Positions 60,616-64,000 of a stretch of DNA of 64,000 bases are shown here, piece after piece (position 1 is the first letter of the stretch; each line of letters opens with the position of its first letter). This stretch comes from an uncultured Acidobacteriota bacterium (GTDB lineage Bacteria > Acidobacteriota > Thermoanaerobaculia > UBA5066 > Gp7-AA6), in contig CAWHKQ010000015.1 in assembly GCA_963829925.1 (NCBI GenBank), positions 354,025-418,024 on the forward strand, given 5' to 3'. The position numbers were made by a program, and so were the translations under genes. The notes under the pieces are model-generated. The model did no database searches, had not been told where the DNA came from, and worked only from the letters and a program-made list of their open reading frames with translations.

Positions 60616-61008
60616 ACCGTCGCCTCCGCTCGTACGGGATCTGCCGCCTGCGGCGGCACCGGCCTGCGGCTCGCCTGTGGGCTCGACCGCAGGCCTGATC
60701 CCTCCCTCGCTGCGGCTCCCGCGGCGCGGGGCTCCTCCCCTGCTGGGAGACTCCCCGCGCCGCGTACACGCCCACCTGTGCCGCTCGCCGACTCTTTCTT
60801 GGCAATCCTCGAGAGCCCGATGCTTTTCGAGGCGCTGGTCGGTGTGTACGCGGCGCCGAGGAAGTCTCCGACGAGCGCGGCGGAGGACGCCTGCGCGCCG
60901 CGGGAGCGAGCGCTAGCGAAGGATCAGGCCCGCGGTCAAGCCCACAGGGGAGCCGCGGCGCCGGTGCCGCCGCAGGCGGCAGATCCGTAGCGAAGCGCTC
61001 GCGACGGT
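60616..61008. repeat. ~390-bp imperfect palindrome (MITE-like or giant hairpin) filling a convergent intergenic region
   Basis: The left arm (~60616-60725) is about 90% identical by eye to the reverse complement of the right arm (~60900-61008). Weaker symmetry continues inward to a central CCTCGA...TCGAGG hairpin at 60807-60832. Arm sequences recur at 43297-43362. Confidence 0.85.
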
Positions 61009-61943
61009 TTAGGGCAACCGGCCGGCTAGCACCTCGGACAGTTTCTCCGGGTCGATGTTGCCTCCCGAGACGACGCAGACGGTTTTGCCGCCGCTCATCT
61101 TCGCCGCGGCGGCGACGGGGACCGCGCCCGCGCCTTCCGCGACGACCCGACGCGCTCGGCGAGAAGGCGGATCGCCGATGCCGTCTCTTCGAGAGACACG
61201 ACGACCGATCCGGCGAGGAGCGCGCTTGCGAGGGGCCACATCTCGGGCAGCACGCTCCGGGCGCCGATGCCGTCCACGAAGCTCGGGTGGTAGGCGGTCG
61301 ACCGGGCGGCCCGCGGCCCGCGCCGCGTGAAGGGCGCGGCGGTCTCGACCTCGCAGGCCAGAACGCGCGTCGCGGGCCGGAGCGCCGTGAGGCCGAGGCG
61401 ATTCCGCACGAGAGACCGCCGCCCCCGAACGGCACGAGCACGGTGTCCACGTCGGGCAGATCCTCCAGGATCTCGAGCCCGATCGTGCCGTTGCCGGCGA
61501 GACCGCGCGGTCGGCGACGGGGTGGAGAACAGGCCTTCGATCCCGGGGTAGCGGTGCTCGACGAGGACCTGCCACCACCGCTCGTAAGGGACCTTCACGA
61601 TCCGGGCGCCGAGGCGCTCGATCGCGGCGAGCTTGGTCCGGGGCGGTGTCGGGCACCACGACCGTGCACGCGATGCCGAGCCGGCGGGCATTCCACGCCA
61701 CGCCCTGCGCCATGTTGCCGGCGCTCGCCGTGTAGACCCCGCGGGCGAGAGCCTCCGGAGAGGCAGGGCCATCGCGTTCCGGCGCCGCGGAGCTTGAAGG
61801 AGCCGATCGGCTGAAGGTTCTCGAGCTTCAGGAAGATCTCGCAGGGCGCGTCGACGGGCAGCCGGAGGAGCGGGGTCCGGAGGGCCGATGGCGGCGATGC
61901 GGGCGCGGGCCGGCGCGGATGTCGTCGAGTCCCGGGCGCTCAA
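61009..61943 (-). CDS. PLP-dependent threonine dehydratase / serine racemase-like enzyme, heavily frame-disrupted (at least 5 changes)
   Basis: Segments across three frames include [34 protein letters not shown] (PLP-Lys motif), [58 protein letters not shown] and [14 protein letters not shown]...[12 protein letters not shown]. The proposed TTG start overlaps the OCD TGA. Confidence 0.65.
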
Positions 61944-62950
61944 TCGGCGTCGTGGCGGCCTCCGCCGAACTCCACCACTTTCCGAGACCGGAGCCGCCGG
62001 CCTTGCAGTAGATGTGGTGCGCGGCGGCGACGTCCTCGATCGCGAGGCCCACGGACTTGAAGACCGTGACGTCGGCGGCGGAGTGCGGCCCTTCGCCGCG
62101 CCGGTCACGAGCTCGCCGAGCTCGGCGACGATGTGCTCGTCGCTCATGGCCCCGTCTGGATCGGCAGCAGGAGGTCGCCCGCCTCGGCGAGGGCGGCGTC
62201 GCGGCTGGTCGACAAAGAGCCGCGAGCGCTTAGGATCGCGCCGTGTCGAGCTCGCGCGCGGTCGCGACGCTGGAGCCGACGGCGTTGACGTGCGCGCCCG
62301 GGCAGAACCACTCCCCGGGACGAGGGCTCGCGCGAAGACGTGACCGTGCAGACGATGTCGGCCCGCTACCGCCGCTTCGACCGAATTGCATGGCGTCAGC
62401 TCGGAGATGCTGTGCCGCTTGGCCTCGCGTTCGGCGAAACTCACGGGCGCGCTCGGAGGTCTTGCTGGCGACGCGGATTCTCCGGATCCTCCGCACGGCC
62501 AGCATCGCCTCGAGGTGCGTGCGGGCCTCGACGCCCGAGCCCACGATCGCGAGGTCGCCGGCGTCCTCCCTGGCGAGAACCCGCGTGGCGAGCCCGCTGA
62601 CCGCTGCGGTCCGCACCGCGGTGACGACGTGGCGTCGATCATGGCGAGGAGGCGGCCGCGGCCCGACTCGAAGAGGAGCACCGCGCCCTGGTGCGAGTCG
62701 AGCTCCGTCCCCTCGTTGCGCGGAAAGAAGGTGACGGCCTTCAGCCCGATCGCCGCGAGACCGGTCAAGTGCGCCGGCATCAGCCCGAGCGCTCCGGATC
62801 TTTCGGGCAGCCAGAGGATCTGCCGCAGGGGCATGTCGGCTTCGCCGCGGGCCGATCGGAGGCGAACGCGCGCGCCATGACGTCGATGCAGTCCTTCATC
62901 GAAAGCAGCTGCGGGACCTCGGACTGACTGACGATGAGCACTTCGAACAC
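61940..62950 (-). CDS. ornithine cyclodeaminase / mu-crystallin family protein, frame-disrupted (at least 4 changes)
   Basis: Segments include LIVSQSEVPQLLSMKDCIDVMARAF, LGLMPAHLTGLAAIGLKAVTFFPRN, AVRTAAVSGLATRVLAREDAGDLAIVGSGVEARTHLEAML, GAHVNAVGS and FKSVGLAIEDVAAAHHIY. Confidence 0.65.
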
Positions 62951-63030
62951 GGATTCCCCCGTCGCGATGGTCCGAGGAGAAACACGAAACGCCGAATCGG
63001 CGCAAGGGATCTCGGGATCGCGAACCCATC

Positions 63031-64000
63031 CTACTGCCAGCGGAAGATCTTCAGCGCGACGGCGAAGCTGACGAGCGCCCCAGAGCGGCCATGACGAGCG
63101 AGCTCGGGCCGATCCGGCCGAGGCCGCTGCCCTTCCATCATCACCGCGCGAGGGCCTCGTTGAGCGCCGTCAGGGGCAGCGCCTGGATGAAGGGCTGGAT
63201 CGCGTCGCGGGAAGCGCTCCGAGGAGAAGAAGACGCCCGAGAGGAGCCACATCGGCACCATCACGAGGTTCATCAGGCCGCTCGCCGCCTCGATCGTGCT
63301 GCGCCCGCGCGACGACCAGCAGGCCCAGCCCGCGAAGGCACATCGCGCCGAGCAGGCGACGAGGCCGAGGCAGCCAGAGCGAGCCGCGCACCGGCACGTC
63401 GAAGGCGAGCCAGCCGAAGCGCGAGCAGCACGCCGACCTCGAGCACCAGGAACACGAGCCGCGACAGCATCTGCGCCAGCAGGTAGTCGCTCTTGCGCAT
63501 CGGCGTCGCGACCAAGCGCTTGAGCAGTCTTGCTTCGAGCCGCGCGTTGACGATCGAGAAGCCGAGGCTCCAGATCCCCGTGCCCATGAGGTTCATGCCG
63601 AGAAGGCCGGGGATCAGGAAGTCGATGTAGCGCGAGCCCTTCTCCTGCACCTCAGCCCGACGCGCGCGGCGAGCGGGTCCGTGCGGCCGGCGGCGCGCTG
63701 GAGGGCGTCGTCGCACTTCCAGGCGCGCGATGCGCGCGTCGGGGCGCGTCGCGTCGAAGTGGAAGACGAGCCGCCGGGCCGGTCCTCGACGAGCAGCGAG
63801 ATCTTGCCCGTGCGCAGGCCCTGCGAGCCCTCCGCCGCGTCGGGTACGCGTCGCGGCCGGACCAGTGCCGGCGACGTCGCGAGCGCCGCGGTGATCGCGC
63901 GCCGTCGGAGCCCGCGCCGGAGACCACGCCGACCGGGATCGGATCGGGCGGCCGCTCGCGGAAGGCGAAGCCGAGGACGACCGCGAGCAGCACCGGGAAG
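63031..64000 (-). CDS. ABC-2-type transporter permease; 5' end outside the window, several frame changes
   Basis: Segments include YIDFLIPGLLGMNLMGTGIWSLGFSIVNARLEARLLKRLVATPMRKSDYLLAQML, MNLVMVPMWLLSGVFFSSERFP and the C-terminal GALVSFAVALKIFRWQ. Confidence 0.65.

Overview
High-GC bacterial chromosomal window. I judged GC by eye and did not compute it. The gene content looks Acidobacteriota-like, which is inference from the protein families present. I reconstructed about 57 protein-coding genes. I recognised no rRNA, tRNA, CRISPR array, transposase or integrase.

Layout:
- 0.4-8.3 kb, minus strand: a tightly coupled run of two secreted TonB_C-domain paralogs, lipA, lipB, a SAM methyltransferase, two tandem GT-C membrane glycosyltransferases and a 2-oxoacid dehydrogenase E2.
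- 8.5-12.9 kb: one ~1450-aa secreted protein with a BNR propeller, an LNISN pentapeptide tract, Ig-like domains and a PxKF-like end. It converges on a 988-aa Ser/Thr kinase with a periplasmic sensor and TPR region.
- 16-20.8 kb: a LiaF-like/LytS/LytTR module, a LIP-family lipase and a secreted protein.
- 23.7-33.9 kb: the most unusual region. It holds repeated cassettes of a membrane-anchored HTH-TM-sensor-TPR regulator, each divergently paired with a small secreted protein and an unrelated large secreted protein. There are two intact copies plus decayed or chimeric remnants. A TonB-dependent receptor follows.
- 37-41 kb: fdhA, a glcG-like gene, and E1 beta and E1 alpha.
- 41-43 kb: a coupled GT2 and radical SAM/SPASM pair.
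- 43-48 kb: a BON lipoprotein, an acyl-CoA mutase, ribBA and an SPFH protein.
- 48-54 kb: a molybdenum cofactor cluster (mobA, moaC, moaA, mogA-like, and a DUF1343-MobB fusion) interrupted by a more AT-rich islet.
- 54-64 kb: a HAD hydrolase, an aminotransferase, serA, ddl, an Fpg/Nei glycosylase, a PagL-like protein, then a badly disrupted ornithine-cyclodeaminase and PLP-enzyme pair, and an ABC-2 permease.

Major caveat: about 30 genes need one or more frame changes to read through, usually at homopolymer runs. Many track ORFs are therefore fragments or artificial fusions. Dispersed GC-rich palindromic repeat families fill several intergenic regions.
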